Below, one piece after another: positions 27,408 through 37,638 of a stretch of DNA of 64,000 nucleotides. Source of the DNA: a bacterium (GTDB lineage Bacteria; Patescibacteriota; Minisyncoccia; Moranbacterales; UBA2206). The position numbers and the translations under genes are program-made. The stretch is from NCBI GenBank assembly GCA_030654225.1, contig JAURXY010000015.1:397-64396 (forward strand). Reading direction: 5' to 3'. Below the pieces are notes generated by a model, which was not told the origin of the DNA, did not search any database, and worked only from the letters and a program-made list of their open reading frames with translations. Within the stretch, counting starts at the first letter, position 1, and the number at the start of each line of letters is the position of its first letter.

Positions 27408-27412
27408 CAATT

Positions 27413-28360
27413 TCATTGTGCTTTATTTTTCTTCAAAAAATTATAAATTCCTCGTACGGCAATCGCCCCTTCAGAAGCGGCGGTGATAACTTGGCGAAAT
27501 TTGTCGGAGCCATCTGTGATGTCACCAGCTGAAAAAACTCCTGCCACATTTGTTGCGCCAGTTTTTTGAATTTTAATATAACCCGCTTCATCCAATTCAA
27601 TTCCTAGTTCACTAAAATATTCCACCGCTGGATCTGAACCCGCTTCAATAAAAAGACCGTCTAAATTTAATTCGTTGGAATTATTGTAAGCTTTGTCGAG
27701 TTTTACTTTTTCCAATTTTTGCTCACCCAAAATTTCCACCACATTAGTTTCATAAAGCACTTCTATTTTTTTATTATTCTTAATTAAATTTACCCAAAAA
27801 GGTTCAGCGCGCAATTCTTTTTTTCGATAAATCAAGTATACTTTCTCTGCTAAATCAGCTAAATATAAAGTCGCGGTCGCTGCGCTATCTGATCCACCAA
27901 TCACTCCCACGATTTTATTTTTATAAAAAAATCCATCACAAGTAGCACAATATGACACACCTTTTCCAAAAAATTCTTTTTCTCCAATAATATTTAATTT
28001 TCTTTTTTTTGTGCCAGTCGCCAAAAGAATTGTTTTTGAATATAAAATATTTTTATTCGCCAAGGTTATAGAAAAAATATTATTTTCTTTTTTTATGTTT
28101 TCAACTAAGTCCGGCAAAATTTCCACCCCATATTTTTTGGCGTGATTTCCCCATTTCTCCGAAAACTCAAATCCGCTCATATCTTCCATTCCGGGATAAT
28201 TGTCAATTTTATGCGTCTCACTAATTTGTCCACCTAAAAGCGCGCCCACAATTTTATGCTTAACTCCATAACGCGAAGCATAAATCGAAGCACTAAGCCC
28301 CGCCGGCCCCGCCCCAATAATTATTAAGTCGTGAATTTTCTCTCTTGTTTCATGTTTCAT
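27413..28360 (-). CDS. trxB: Thioredoxin-disulfide reductase.
   Basis: IIGAGPAG FAD motif, CATC redox centre, second GxGxxA NADPH motif. Confidence 0.9.
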   Translation of the reverse strand: MKHETREKIHDLIIIGAGPAGLSASIYASRYGVKHKIVGALLGGQISETHKIDNYPGMEDMSGFEFSEKWGNHAKKYGVEILPDLVENIKKENNIFSITLANKNILYSKTILLATGTKKRKLNIIGEKEFFGKGVSYCATCDGFFYKNKIVGVIGGSDSAATATLYLADLAEKVYLIYRKKELRAEPFWVNLIKNNKKIEVLYETNVVEILGEQKLEKVKLDKAYNNSNELNLDGLFIEAGSDPAVEYFSELGIELDEAGYIKIQKTGATNVAGVFSAGDITDGSDKFRQVITAASEGAIAVRGIYNFLKKNKAQ

Positions 28361-28378
28361 GCTATATGTTTTATGTTT

Positions 28379-29536
28379 TTAATTCTTTATCGGCATCACG
28401 ATATATGTGAAATTATCCAAAACTTCCCCAGATTTTTCATTAATTTCACGAACTGCTACGGGAGTAGCTTCACTATTTAGCAAGATTGCCACTTGAGAGG
28501 TAGTGGTAGCGTTAATTCCATCTAAAAGATACTTAGCGTTAAAAACAACTTCTTGAGATGGTCCTGTGATGTCAAATTTGAGCTCAGCTGAATTTTCTCC
28601 CACCTCAGCGCTAGAAGATAGAATAAAAATTTTTTCTTCCTCTTGGCTAATTTTGAGCGTTATCTCATTTGATCCCCCTGCAGAAAAAACACTCGCCATC
28701 TTAATAGCATTTTGCAAAACTTGTTTTTCCCCTACTATTCTCGTTTTATATTCCGCCGGCATTATATGTTTATATTCTGGATATTTTCCATTTATAAGCC
28801 TAGAGACTAACTTAATACCATCTATTTCAAAAAATATTTGCCCCTCTTCAATAGTTATTTTTACTCGATTGTCAATGTCAGGCGCCAGCATCCGATTTAA
28901 TTCCCCTAAAACATTAGCTGGGATAATCACATTTTCATTTTTTTCAATAAAAAGCTTATAAGTTTCCTTATTTATATTAATTTCTTCTATTTTTATTTGA
29001 CATTCTGAAAGACGAAAACTATCTGTGGCCGCAAAAATAAGCTCTTTTTCTTTTAATATAAGGTTTATTCCTGTAAGTTCTTGACGTGATTCATTAAACG
29101 CTACTGCTGGCATTACCTTTAAAATAGCGGTTTTTAACTCTAAACTAGAAAGATCTAATAAATATTCCGTTTTTCGTAGAGGTAGAAGAGGAAAATCTTC
29201 CGCGGAAATTCCTTTTATTATAGCTTTATTTATCCCACTTTTTATTTTCAGATTATTATCCACAAGTTCAAGGGAGATATTTTCTCCACTTGGAAGATTA
29301 GCCGAAAAATTACTAATAAGTTTAGCGGGGATTGTTATTCTACCCTCTTTTTCTATTTTTGCCCCTATTTTAGAAGAGACTCCAATTTCTAAATTAGTAG
29401 CAGATAGTTTTAATCCTCCTTTTTCTGTTTCAAAAAGAATATTATTTAGAATAGGTAGGGTGTTTTTCTTTGAAACTACTCTTTCACAATTAAAAATTGC
29501 TTTTTTAAAATTCACTTCCGTACAAATTAGTTTCAT
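28379..29536 (-). CDS. dnaN: DNA polymerase III beta sliding clamp.
   Basis: Position immediately downstream of dnaA; three-domain length and an N-terminus typical of DnaN. Confidence 0.9.
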   Translation of the reverse strand: MKLICTEVNFKKAIFNCERVVSKKNTLPILNNILFETEKGGLKLSATNLEIGVSSKIGAKIEKEGRITIPAKLISNFSANLPSGENISLELVDNNLKIKSGINKAIIKGISAEDFPLLPLRKTEYLLDLSSLELKTAILKVMPAVAFNESRQELTGINLILKEKELIFAATDSFRLSECQIKIEEININKETYKLFIEKNENVIIPANVLGELNRMLAPDIDNRVKITIEEGQIFFEIDGIKLVSRLINGKYPEYKHIMPAEYKTRIVGEKQVLQNAIKMASVFSAGGSNEITLKISQEEEKIFILSSSAEVGENSAELKFDITGPSQEVVFNAKYLLDGINATTTSQVAILLNSEATPVAVREINEKSGEVLDNFTYIVMPIKN

Positions 29537-29824
29537 ATTGTTTTATTTAGTATTTAATTATTCTTATTATTAGTATAAAGTTATTACTATTATTACATAA
29601 GGCGATAATGGGGTATAAGTGCTAATTTTGTTTTATATAAGCTAAAATATGTGTGGATAAGAATTGGATAAGTCTTTAGGTGGGGGTATTTTTTAAGTGG
29701 GATAATTTAGAGGGAAAAAATATATTTTAGAAATATTTCAACTTAGGAACAGGTCTTTTGATATTTTAAACACAGAGTTAATAGTGGGTTTTTAAGCTTC
29801 TTATCCACAAGATAAGCACTTTTA
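29537..29824. promoter_or_regulatory. dnaA-dnaN intergenic DnaA-box cluster with an AT-rich unwinding region (part of oriC).
   Basis: Perfect TTATCCACA boxes at 29652-29660 (minus orientation) and 29801-29809, plus 1-mismatch boxes at about 29666 and 29703. A highly AT-rich run lies at 29537-29640. Confidence 0.6.
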
Positions 29825-31204
29825 TTAGTTTATAGTATATAAAATATCGCGTAGGTGAGTAATTTCTTCGTCGAGTCTTTCGTCTAATTTGATTTCTTTG
29901 GAAATTTTTTCATAAGCATGCATAGCTGTAGTATGATCTCGTCCACCTAATTTATCGCCAATACCTGGGTAAGAGTAGGAAAGTTCACTACGCATAAGAA
30001 ACATAGCTATTTGACGGGGTTTTACCACTTCTTGCTTTCTGTTTTTTGCCACTAAATCAGCTGGAGATATTTCATAAAAATCAGAAACAGTCTTAATAAT
30101 ATGTTTATGATTAATGCCTTTTTTCTTGCCACTAGAGATAATATCAGATAATATTTGCTTTGTATAAGCTGAATCTAGTGATTTTTTAGTTAATTGGGCG
30201 CTCACAGATACGCGGTTTAGGGCACCTTCTAGCTCACGAATGTTGTTTTTAATATTAGTAGCGATAAATTCCAATGCCTCTTCGGTGATTTCCACTCCAT
30301 TTTGAAGGGCTTTTATCTTAAGAATAGCTAATCTAGTCTCAAGATCAGGCTTGGATACATCAGCAATCATCCCCCCTTCAAAGCGCGAACGCAGTCTTTC
30401 CTCGAGAATTTGGATAGCTTTAGGGGCTCGATCACTAGAAAGGACTATTTGCTTGTTGAGTTGGTAGAGATAATTGAAAATATGGAAAAATTCTTCTTGA
30501 GTTTTCTCTTTTCCTGAGATAAATTGAATATCATCAATGATAAGGAGGTCTATTTTTTGGTAATATTCCTTAAATTCTTGGATTTTCTGAGTTTTTATTG
30601 AATCTATTAGATCACTAGTGAATCTTTCTGAAGAAATGTATTTTATTCGAGTTTGGGGGTTTATTTTTAGTGCTTCATTGCCAATAGATTGAATAAGATG
30701 GGTTTTCCCTAAGCCCACTCCACCATAGATAAAAAGCGGATTATAAACGTTTCCAAGACTCTTTGAGACAGCATAGCAAGCAGCGCGAGCCAGCTCATTG
30801 CTTCCGCCGATAACAAAATTCTCAAAGGTATATTTTTGGTTTAAATTACTTTCTTGGCTTATTGGTGGCTTTTTTTCATAAAAAACAGGTGATTTTTTGG
30901 GAGCTTGAACAGCGTCGACAGTTATTTCTTTATTTGTTTGAGGAAAAGATTGAGTTGGACCGGAAGAAATCAGGCAAGAAACTGATTTTATATCGCCCTG
31001 AATATTTTTCAAGGCTCGTAGGATGTACAGATCATACTTATTTTCTAGCCATTCTTTAGCAAAGCCATTTGGAACACCAATAACTACATGGCCGTCCTTA
31101 AGGGAAAGAATAGAGGTGTTTTTAAACCAAGTGATAAAATTAGCCTTAGAAATAGAAAGCTCTATTTCCCCTAGGGCTGTTTGCCAAAGTTCCTCGTTGG
31201 TCAT
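29825..31204 (-). CDS. dnaA: Chromosomal replication initiator DnaA.
   Basis: AAA+ block GGVGLGKTHL, DnaA box-binding C-terminus. The start was set at the ATG giving MTNEELWQ; the longer tracked ORF begins with TTG. Confidence 0.9.
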   Translation of the reverse strand: MTNEELWQTALGEIELSISKANFITWFKNTSILSLKDGHVVIGVPNGFAKEWLENKYDLYILRALKNIQGDIKSVSCLISSGPTQSFPQTNKEITVDAVQAPKKSPVFYEKKPPISQESNLNQKYTFENFVIGGSNELARAACYAVSKSLGNVYNPLFIYGGVGLGKTHLIQSIGNEALKINPQTRIKYISSERFTSDLIDSIKTQKIQEFKEYYQKIDLLIIDDIQFISGKEKTQEEFFHIFNYLYQLNKQIVLSSDRAPKAIQILEERLRSRFEGGMIADVSKPDLETRLAILKIKALQNGVEITEEALEFIATNIKNNIRELEGALNRVSVSAQLTKKSLDSAYTKQILSDIISSGKKKGINHKHIIKTVSDFYEISPADLVAKNRKQEVVKPRQIAMFLMRSELSYSYPGIGDKLGGRDHTTAMHAYEKISKEIKLDERLDEEITHLRDILYTIN

Positions 31205-31255
31205 TTTATTGATTAAGTTAATAAAGAAAGTTTTACTAAAAAAAGTATAACACAA

Positions 31256-31377
31256 CTGAAAAATCTAGTCTAAGAAAAAGGGGGATAAAGGTGTGGACAA
31301 TGTGTGGAAAGAAATGTAAATTGACTTGTAGTCTATTAACTGGTAGAATTTTAAATGAATTAACTAATAATAATAAA
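31256..31377. promoter_or_regulatory. dnaA / rpmH divergent promoter region with degenerate DnaA boxes (TGTGGACAA, TGTGGAAAG).
   Basis: Read directly. Confidence 0.4.
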
Positions 31378-31512
31378 ATGAGCATAACTTACCAACCAAA
31401 AAGTGGAAAAAGAAAAAAAAGACACGGTTTTATCGAAAGAAACAGCACTAAAAACGGAAAAGCTGTCCTAAAAAGAAGAAGACAGGCCGGTCGAAAAAAA
31501 TTATCAGTATAA
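31378..31512 (+). CDS. rpmH: 50S ribosomal protein L34.
   Basis: [44 protein letters not shown] matches the L34 consensus. This is the internal start within the longer tracked ORF. Confidence 0.85.
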   Translation: MSITYQPKSGKRKKRHGFIERNSTKNGKAVLKRRRQAGRKKLSV

Positions 31513-31522
31513 ATATAATTTT

Positions 31523-31864
31523 ATGCTTCCCCGCAAAAACAGGCTTTTAGCAACAAAGGACTTTGAGGCAATTAATCGTACAGGCAGTTTTTTTTCTTTT
31601 GGGGAGGTTTTTTTAAAAGTAAAGAGGAATAATAGCGAGGAAACCAGAATAGGTTTTTCTATCGGAATTAAGTTTTCTCCTAAGGCGGTGGAAAGGAATA
31701 GATTGAAAAGGCAACTGCGAGAAATATTTAGAAAATACATAAAAAAAATAGAAAAAGGACTGGACATAATGGTTTCTCTTAAAAAAGGTGGTAAAAAAGA
31801 ATTTTCGATTAATGAATTAGAGCGAGATGTTTTGGCAGTATTAAAAAAAGCAAAACTAATATAA
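31523..31864 (+). CDS. rnpA: RNase P protein component.
   Basis: Position after rpmH; KNRLKRQLRE motif. Confidence 0.85.
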   Translation: MLPRKNRLLATKDFEAINRTGSFFSFGEVFLKVKRNNSEETRIGFSIGIKFSPKAVERNRLKRQLREIFRKYIKKIEKGLDIMVSLKKGGKKEFSINELERDVLAVLKKAKLI

Positions 31865-31893
31865 ATAATTTTTAGTAAATTTTTAGAAAACAT

Positions 31894-32655
31894 ATGATAT
31901 CTTTTTTATTTGGAGAAACTGTTTATAGACCGATTTATAACTTTTTGATTTTTATTTACAATATTATCCCTCTACATGATTTTGGTGTAGCAATTATTGT
32001 GGTGACTTTAGTTTTGAAGTTTCTTTTGATTCCACTAAGTAAAAAACAAATTCAGTCGCAGAAGAAAATGCAAGAAATGCAGCCAAAAATCAAGGAAATT
32101 CAAGAAAAACACAAAAATGACAAGGAAAAGCAAAGTCGGGCGCTGATGGAATTTTATAAAACAAATAAAACCAACCCCTTTTCCGGCTGTCTGCCAACAA
32201 TTTTTCAGCTTATTTTTTTAATTGCAATTTATCAAGTGTTATTCAACATTTCAAAAGCGGGACTAGTGGTGGATCCAAAAGAACTATATTCATTTGTTCC
32301 AAATCCAGGACAAATTAATCAATATTTCTTTGGAATTATTGATCTTTCCAAAACAATCAATCTAAGTCAGTTGAATATCAAGGTTATTCCTCAGTTAATT
32401 TTGATTGTTTTAGCGGCACTGGCTCAATATGTGCAGATAAAAATGATGACACCTAAGACAAGCACGCAAGCTAAAGGAACAGAACCGGATATTTCGCAGA
32501 TAATGACGAAGCAAATGATGTATCTTGGGCCATTGCTAACACTTTTTATTGGAATAAAATTTCCTGCTGGGTTAGCTCTTTACTGGCTTGTTTCGACAGT
32601 TTTTGCTATAATTCAGCAGACGAAAGTTTTGAAAAAAGAAAAGATTAATAGTTAA
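31894..32655 (+). CDS. yidC: YidC/Oxa1-family membrane protein insertase (short form).
   Basis: Position in the rpmH-rnpA-yidC-jag operon; conserved GCLPTIFQLIFLIAIY helix. Confidence 0.85.
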   Translation: MISFLFGETVYRPIYNFLIFIYNIIPLHDFGVAIIVVTLVLKFLLIPLSKKQIQSQKKMQEMQPKIKEIQEKHKNDKEKQSRALMEFYKTNKTNPFSGCLPTIFQLIFLIAIYQVLFNISKAGLVVDPKELYSFVPNPGQINQYFFGIIDLSKTINLSQLNIKVIPQLILIVLAALAQYVQIKMMTPKTSTQAKGTEPDISQIMTKQMMYLGPLLTLFIGIKFPAGLALYWLVSTVFAIIQQTKVLKKEKINS

Positions 32656-32665
32656 TTTTAATAAT

Positions 32666-33154
32666 ATGGAAAACGAGAAAATAACGGCTGAAACAAAAGA
32701 AGAAATAAGAAAATCTATCGAAGAATTAGTTATGAAAATGGGATTTCAATGTCAAGTTGAAATTATAGAAACAAAAAACCAAGAGCAAGAGGAGTTAGTT
32801 TTTAACATTAAAACAGAAGAATCGAGCTATCTAATTGGACAATATGGAGTTAATCTTCAAGCCTTGCAACATATGGCCAGAATAATTTTTCGTGGAAAAA
32901 CGGAAAATAAAGCTAATTTTACCCTGGATGTTAATTCTTATCGACAAGAAAAAAATGAATCCGTCTTTGCTTTAGCAAAAAATATGGCCCAGACATCTCT
33001 TCGTGAAGGACGAGCAGTGGTAATGCGTCCAATGTCTCCATACGAAAGACGACTTGTGCATATGGAACTGGCTAAAAATGACCAAATTAAAACCGAAAGT
33101 ACTGGTGAGGGAGAAGATCGAAGAGTGGTTATCAAACCCGCTAGCTTAGCTTAA
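32666..33154 (+). CDS. jag: Jag-like KH plus R3H RNA-binding protein.
   Basis: C-terminal R3H pattern (MRPMSPYERRLVHMEL) and its position after yidC. Confidence 0.8.
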   Translation: MENEKITAETKEEIRKSIEELVMKMGFQCQVEIIETKNQEQEELVFNIKTEESSYLIGQYGVNLQALQHMARIIFRGKTENKANFTLDVNSYRQEKNESVFALAKNMAQTSLREGRAVVMRPMSPYERRLVHMELAKNDQIKTESTGEGEDRRVVIKPASLA

Positions 33155-33356
33155 AGTTTATTAAAGAATTATTTTTTTTTCGAAATTAACTCGAGCCCTA
33201 AAAATTATTACTAAAATTTTCCCTCAATCAACGGCGGTCATAGGAAAATTTTAGATAATTTTTGGACTCTCAAACAGAAATTTCTCAAAAAAGATAATTC
33301 TTTAATTATAATTTTGGCTTTTCGTAGTTTCGTTTATTTAGTAGTTCGTAAATTCT

Positions 33357-34778
33357 ATGGTTATAGCAAGAAAAATAGCTTATAATGTTCTAGTTAGCAG
33401 TTTTTCTAAAATTCTTTCAACTATCTTGGCTCTAGTTTCAATCGGGCTGATTACGAGGTATTTAGGGCAAGAAGGTTTTGGAAATTACGCCACTGTGTTG
33501 GCGTTTTTGTCTTTTTTCACTGCCATTGCTGATTTGGGGCTTTATTCTACTGTCACTCGAGAAATTTCTCGCGAAGGGGCGGATGAAGAAAAAATTGTGA
33601 GTAATATTTTCACTTTGCGAATAATAATTTCCTTAATTGTTCTAATTCTAGCCCCGGCAATTGTTTTTTTCTTTCCATATCCAGCAGAAGTCAAACAAGC
33701 AGTTATGATAGTAGCGCTATCCTTTCTTTTTTCTTCATCCTACCAAGTGTTAAATGGAGTGTTTCAGAAAAATTTAGCAATGGACAAGGTAGCCATCTCA
33801 GAATTAACTGGAAAAATTATCCAAGTAGTTTTTATTTTTTATGCTATAAAATTCCAGCTTAGTTTTCTTTGGATAATATCCTCACTTCTTTTAAATATGT
33901 CAGTTAGTTTTTTCTTAGTTTATTTTTGGTCTAAAAAATATATTTCTTTTTCATTTAAATTCGATTGGCCTTATTGGAAGAAATTTGTCAAAGAATCTTA
34001 TCCGCTAGGGATTGCCGCGGTCATTAGTTTTGTCTATTTCAAAATCGATACAATTCTTTTGTCTGTTTTGAAAACTAGTGCGGAAGTGGGAATATATAAT
34101 GTGGCTTATAAGGTGATTGAAAATATCACCTTTTTCCCAGCGATGATAGTGGGGTTGGTTTTTCCAATTATATCAAAAAATATTTTTTCTGATCGGGCGC
34201 GTTTTTGGGATATTTCTAACAAGACCTTTAAGGTTTTTTGGCTTTTTGTTATCCCGCTGATTATTGGCACTGTGTTTCTTTCAGATGGAATTGTTGAGTT
34301 AATTGGAGGAAAAGGATTTTTTGCTTCAAGTGTCATTCTTCGTATCCTAGTTTTTTCTTTGGGATGTATGTTTTTTAGCAACTTATTTAATGTTATTTTG
34401 ATTTCTGGCAACAAGCAAAAAAAATTAATGGTAATTATGGTGATAGCGGCCATTTTCAATGTGGGGGCTAATCTAATTTTTATCCCAATTTATTCCTATA
34501 TGGCGGCTGCAATAATTTCTGTGGCGACAGAATTTTTTGTGACCGTGGCTACGCTCTATGTCATAATTAGAGATTTGAAATATTTTCCTAAGGTGGAAAA
34601 GTTTTGGGCAATTGTTTTTTCTGGCATTATTATGGCCAGCTACTGTTTTATTTTTTCTGAAATTAATTTTTTTCTTTTGGCTTTTTCGGCTACAGCCGTT
34701 TATATCTTTTCAATTTGGTTATTTAGAGCGGTTAAAACAGAAGAAATTGCTAGTATAATTAGCAAAAATACAAAATGA
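33357..34778 (+). CDS. Wzx-type polysaccharide (O-unit) flippase.
   Basis: 12-14 TM helices; the N-terminal pattern is typical of Polysacc_synt flippases. Confidence 0.78.
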   Translation: MVIARKIAYNVLVSSFSKILSTILALVSIGLITRYLGQEGFGNYATVLAFLSFFTAIADLGLYSTVTREISREGADEEKIVSNIFTLRIIISLIVLILAPAIVFFFPYPAEVKQAVMIVALSFLFSSSYQVLNGVFQKNLAMDKVAISELTGKIIQVVFIFYAIKFQLSFLWIISSLLLNMSVSFFLVYFWSKKYISFSFKFDWPYWKKFVKESYPLGIAAVISFVYFKIDTILLSVLKTSAEVGIYNVAYKVIENITFFPAMIVGLVFPIISKNIFSDRARFWDISNKTFKVFWLFVIPLIIGTVFLSDGIVELIGGKGFFASSVILRILVFSLGCMFFSNLFNVILISGNKQKKLMVIMVIAAIFNVGANLIFIPIYSYMAAAIISVATEFFVTVATLYVIIRDLKYFPKVEKFWAIVFSGIIMASYCFIFSEINFFLLAFSATAVYIFSIWLFRAVKTEEIASIISKNTK

Positions 34779-35632
34779 GTACACCTAAGATTTTTATAAT
34801 AATCCTAAATTATAATGGGCAGGAAGTCTTAAAAAAAACACTCTCCAGTGTTTTCCAAGTGGATTATCCAAATTTTGAAATAGTTTTGGTGGATAACAAT
34901 TCCAAAGACGGTTCTTTTGAAGAGGCGCGCAGAATTTTTCCTAAGATAGCTTGTATAAAAAATAGTGAGAACCTTGGTTTTTCTGCCGGCAACAACATTG
35001 GGATTGAATATGCTTTGGAGCGCGGGGCGGATTATGTGTTGCTTTTGAATTATGATGCGGTAGTTAAAAAAGATTTCCTTTGGCCACTAATAGATCTGAT
35101 GGATAAAAATAAGAAAGTTGGCATTGCTAGCCCAGTGATTCTAAAAAATGAAACGTCAAATGTTTGGTTTTCAGGTGGAAAAATAAAGTGGCTCAAAATG
35201 AAAACAGAGCACCAAGAAAATAACTTGAAAGAAAATTATTTTCATTCAGACTACATCACTGGTTGCTCTATGATAATCAAAAAAGAGGTGTTTCGCAAAA
35301 TCGGACTTTTGGATGAAGACTATTTTTTATATTGGGAGGACGCTGACTTTAGTATTAGAGCCAAAAGGGCGGGGTATAAATTGGCAGTTTGTGCGGGCAG
35401 TCATGTTTGGCACTTGGAAAAAAGCCAAGAAAAAAAAGCTAATAAAATATATTGGCTGGTGCTTTCGGGACTCATTTTTTTTCGAAAAAACTCCCCAATG
35501 TATCTTCGACCATGGCTTTTTGTCTATGTTCTGCTACGCAAGATAAAAAATAGAAAAGACGTGAAGCGTCAAAAAACTCCTATTAATGAATCAGTGCAAA
35601 AAGCGTATAGAGATTTTAAAAAAGTAATTTAA
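34775..35632 (+). CDS. Family 2 glycosyltransferase.
   Basis: IIILNYNG...VLVDNNSKDGS and the DxD region. Confidence 0.8.
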   Translation: MSTPKIFIIILNYNGQEVLKKTLSSVFQVDYPNFEIVLVDNNSKDGSFEEARRIFPKIACIKNSENLGFSAGNNIGIEYALERGADYVLLLNYDAVVKKDFLWPLIDLMDKNKKVGIASPVILKNETSNVWFSGGKIKWLKMKTEHQENNLKENYFHSDYITGCSMIIKKEVFRKIGLLDEDYFLYWEDADFSIRAKRAGYKLAVCAGSHVWHLEKSQEKKANKIYWLVLSGLIFFRKNSPMYLRPWLFVYVLLRKIKNRKDVKRQKTPINESVQKAYRDFKKVI

Positions 35633-35638
35633 TTTCTG

Positions 35639-36391
35639 ATGGTATCAATAGTAATTGTCAATTATCGAAGTAAAATATATCTAGCTAAATGTTTATTTTC
35701 AATAAATAAATATTCTTTTAATGAAGAGTTGGAGATTATTGTGGTTAACAATGATCAGAAAGAAAAGTTGACCGAACTAGTTAATAAATATCCAAGAGTT
35801 AGATTGTATCAAAATAAAAAAAATACTGGATTTGGCGCTGCTTGTAATTTTGGAGCTCAAAAAGCTCAAGGAGAAAACATCCTCTTTCTAAATCCAGATA
35901 CTCAATTTCTGAATAACTATATAAAAGAAATTTTAATCAAAATACAGCGATATAAAGATAAAGTAATTATAATAGGTCCAAGACTAATAACTGATAAAGG
36001 GAAAACGCAAGAATGGGGCGCTGGCAAGGAAATTACTTTTACTCAAATAATAAAAAATAATCTCGGGATAATTGAAAGCCGTTCTTTATGGGAAAGTAAA
36101 CAAGACATTATGGTCGATTGGGTAAGTGGGGCGACATTGTTAATTAAAAAAAGTATTTTTGATAAATTGGGTGGCTTTGATGAAAATTTTTTTATGTATG
36201 CAGAAGATTTGGATTTATGTGTTCGAGCGAAAGACTTAAATTCAGAATTTCAAGTCTTGTATTCGCCAGAGCTAACCATTTTGCATAGCGGAGGGAAAAG
36301 TAGAGAAAGCTTAATTAAACAAAAAATTCAATTTTTTAAATCGTCTCTATATTATTTAATAAAAAGAAGAAAAAAACGAAATAAAAAATGA
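35639..36391 (+). CDS. Family 2 glycosyltransferase.
   Basis: SIVIVNYRS...IIVVNNDQ; YAEDLDLC. Confidence 0.75.
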   Translation: MVSIVIVNYRSKIYLAKCLFSINKYSFNEELEIIVVNNDQKEKLTELVNKYPRVRLYQNKKNTGFGAACNFGAQKAQGENILFLNPDTQFLNNYIKEILIKIQRYKDKVIIIGPRLITDKGKTQEWGAGKEITFTQIIKNNLGIIESRSLWESKQDIMVDWVSGATLLIKKSIFDKLGGFDENFFMYAEDLDLCVRAKDLNSEFQVLYSPELTILHSGGKSRESLIKQKIQFFKSSLYYLIKRRKKRNKK

Positions 36392-37638
36392 TATTTAATT
36401 TATTTTTATTCCTATGTTTATATCTGCCTTTTCAAATTGCGCTTAATCCGGCGGTGGGGATTGATTTGGCTTCGGTAAGAATTTTGATTCTGATTTTGTT
36501 TTTTGTTTGGGCATATGAGAAGATTAAAAATAAAAAAAAGTTAGTTTTGCTTGATACTCAATCGAAATTAGTTGTAATCTTTCTTTTGTTGGGCATTGCT
36601 TCTTTGTTTTTTGCTCAAAATTATGGCTGGGGGTTGAGGAAACTACTATATTTATTTTCTATTTTCCCACTTTATTTTATATCAAGGGATATTCTAAATA
36701 ATAGAGAGAAAGTGATAAAAACATTAAAGGCTTTAGTTTTGTCGGGTGCCTTGGTTTCGGTTGTTGGAATTATTCAATTTTGTGCTCAATTTTTTTGGAA
36801 TTATGAAAATATTTCAAAGGTATATTCCAATTATATCGGACCGATTTTTTGGGGAGAAAATTTGGCGCGGATGGTGTCGGATTATCCAAGCTGGTTAGTT
36901 GGTGTTTCGGGACAAAATTATTTTCGCGCAATTGGAACATTTCCTGATCCACATTCTTTCTCTTTGTTTTTGGGAATGATGTTGCCACTCTCGGTAACCT
37001 TGTTTTTTATTTCAAAAAAGAAAATTTTTTGGGCGCTTTCTACCGCAGTTATTTTTTTGGCGAATATTCTGACTTTTTCGCGTGGAGGATACGTGGCTAT
37101 TATAGTGGGGATAACAATTTTTGTCGGTGTTTTTTGGAATAAAACACAAGCAAGGCATAAATTAATGGCTGGCTTGGCAGTGATGATTCTTGCTTTGATG
37201 CTCACTGTTCCAGGGCCGGTTTCACAAAGGTTTGATTCAAGCTTTGATTTGCAAGAAGGATCAAATGCTGGGAGAATTGATATATGGCAAAAATCTTGGG
37301 AAACAATCAAAACAAAACCATTTCTTGGAACAGGAATCGGTAATTTTTCACTGGAAGTAGATAAGGAATTAGGCTATAGAAATCCGATTTATGCTCATAA
37401 TACTTATTTAGATATCGCTGTCGAAGAAGGTGTTTTAGCTAGCTTGGTATGGATGTTAATTTTATTTATAACGCTTATAAATTTTTGGATTTTTTCCAAA
37501 AAAGATATGATAAACTGCGGTTTTTTTATCAGTTTAATTATTTTTAGCGCTCATTCAATGGTAGAAACTGGTATTTATTCCCCTATGGTTTTGACACTTT
37601 TCCTCATTATCATCAGTCTGCAATATGAAAAAGAATAA
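36388..37638 (+). CDS. O-antigen ligase / Wzy-like polytopic membrane protein.
   Basis: Multiple TM helices with a Wzy_C-like central loop (TFSRGGYVAIIVG). Confidence 0.65.
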   Translation: MIFNLFLFLCLYLPFQIALNPAVGIDLASVRILILILFFVWAYEKIKNKKKLVLLDTQSKLVVIFLLLGIASLFFAQNYGWGLRKLLYLFSIFPLYFISRDILNNREKVIKTLKALVLSGALVSVVGIIQFCAQFFWNYENISKVYSNYIGPIFWGENLARMVSDYPSWLVGVSGQNYFRAIGTFPDPHSFSLFLGMMLPLSVTLFFISKKKIFWALSTAVIFLANILTFSRGGYVAIIVGITIFVGVFWNKTQARHKLMAGLAVMILALMLTVPGPVSQRFDSSFDLQEGSNAGRIDIWQKSWETIKTKPFLGTGIGNFSLEVDKELGYRNPIYAHNTYLDIAVEEGVLASLVWMLILFITLINFWIFSKKDMINCGFFISLIIFSAHSMVETGIYSPMVLTLFLIIISLQYEKE

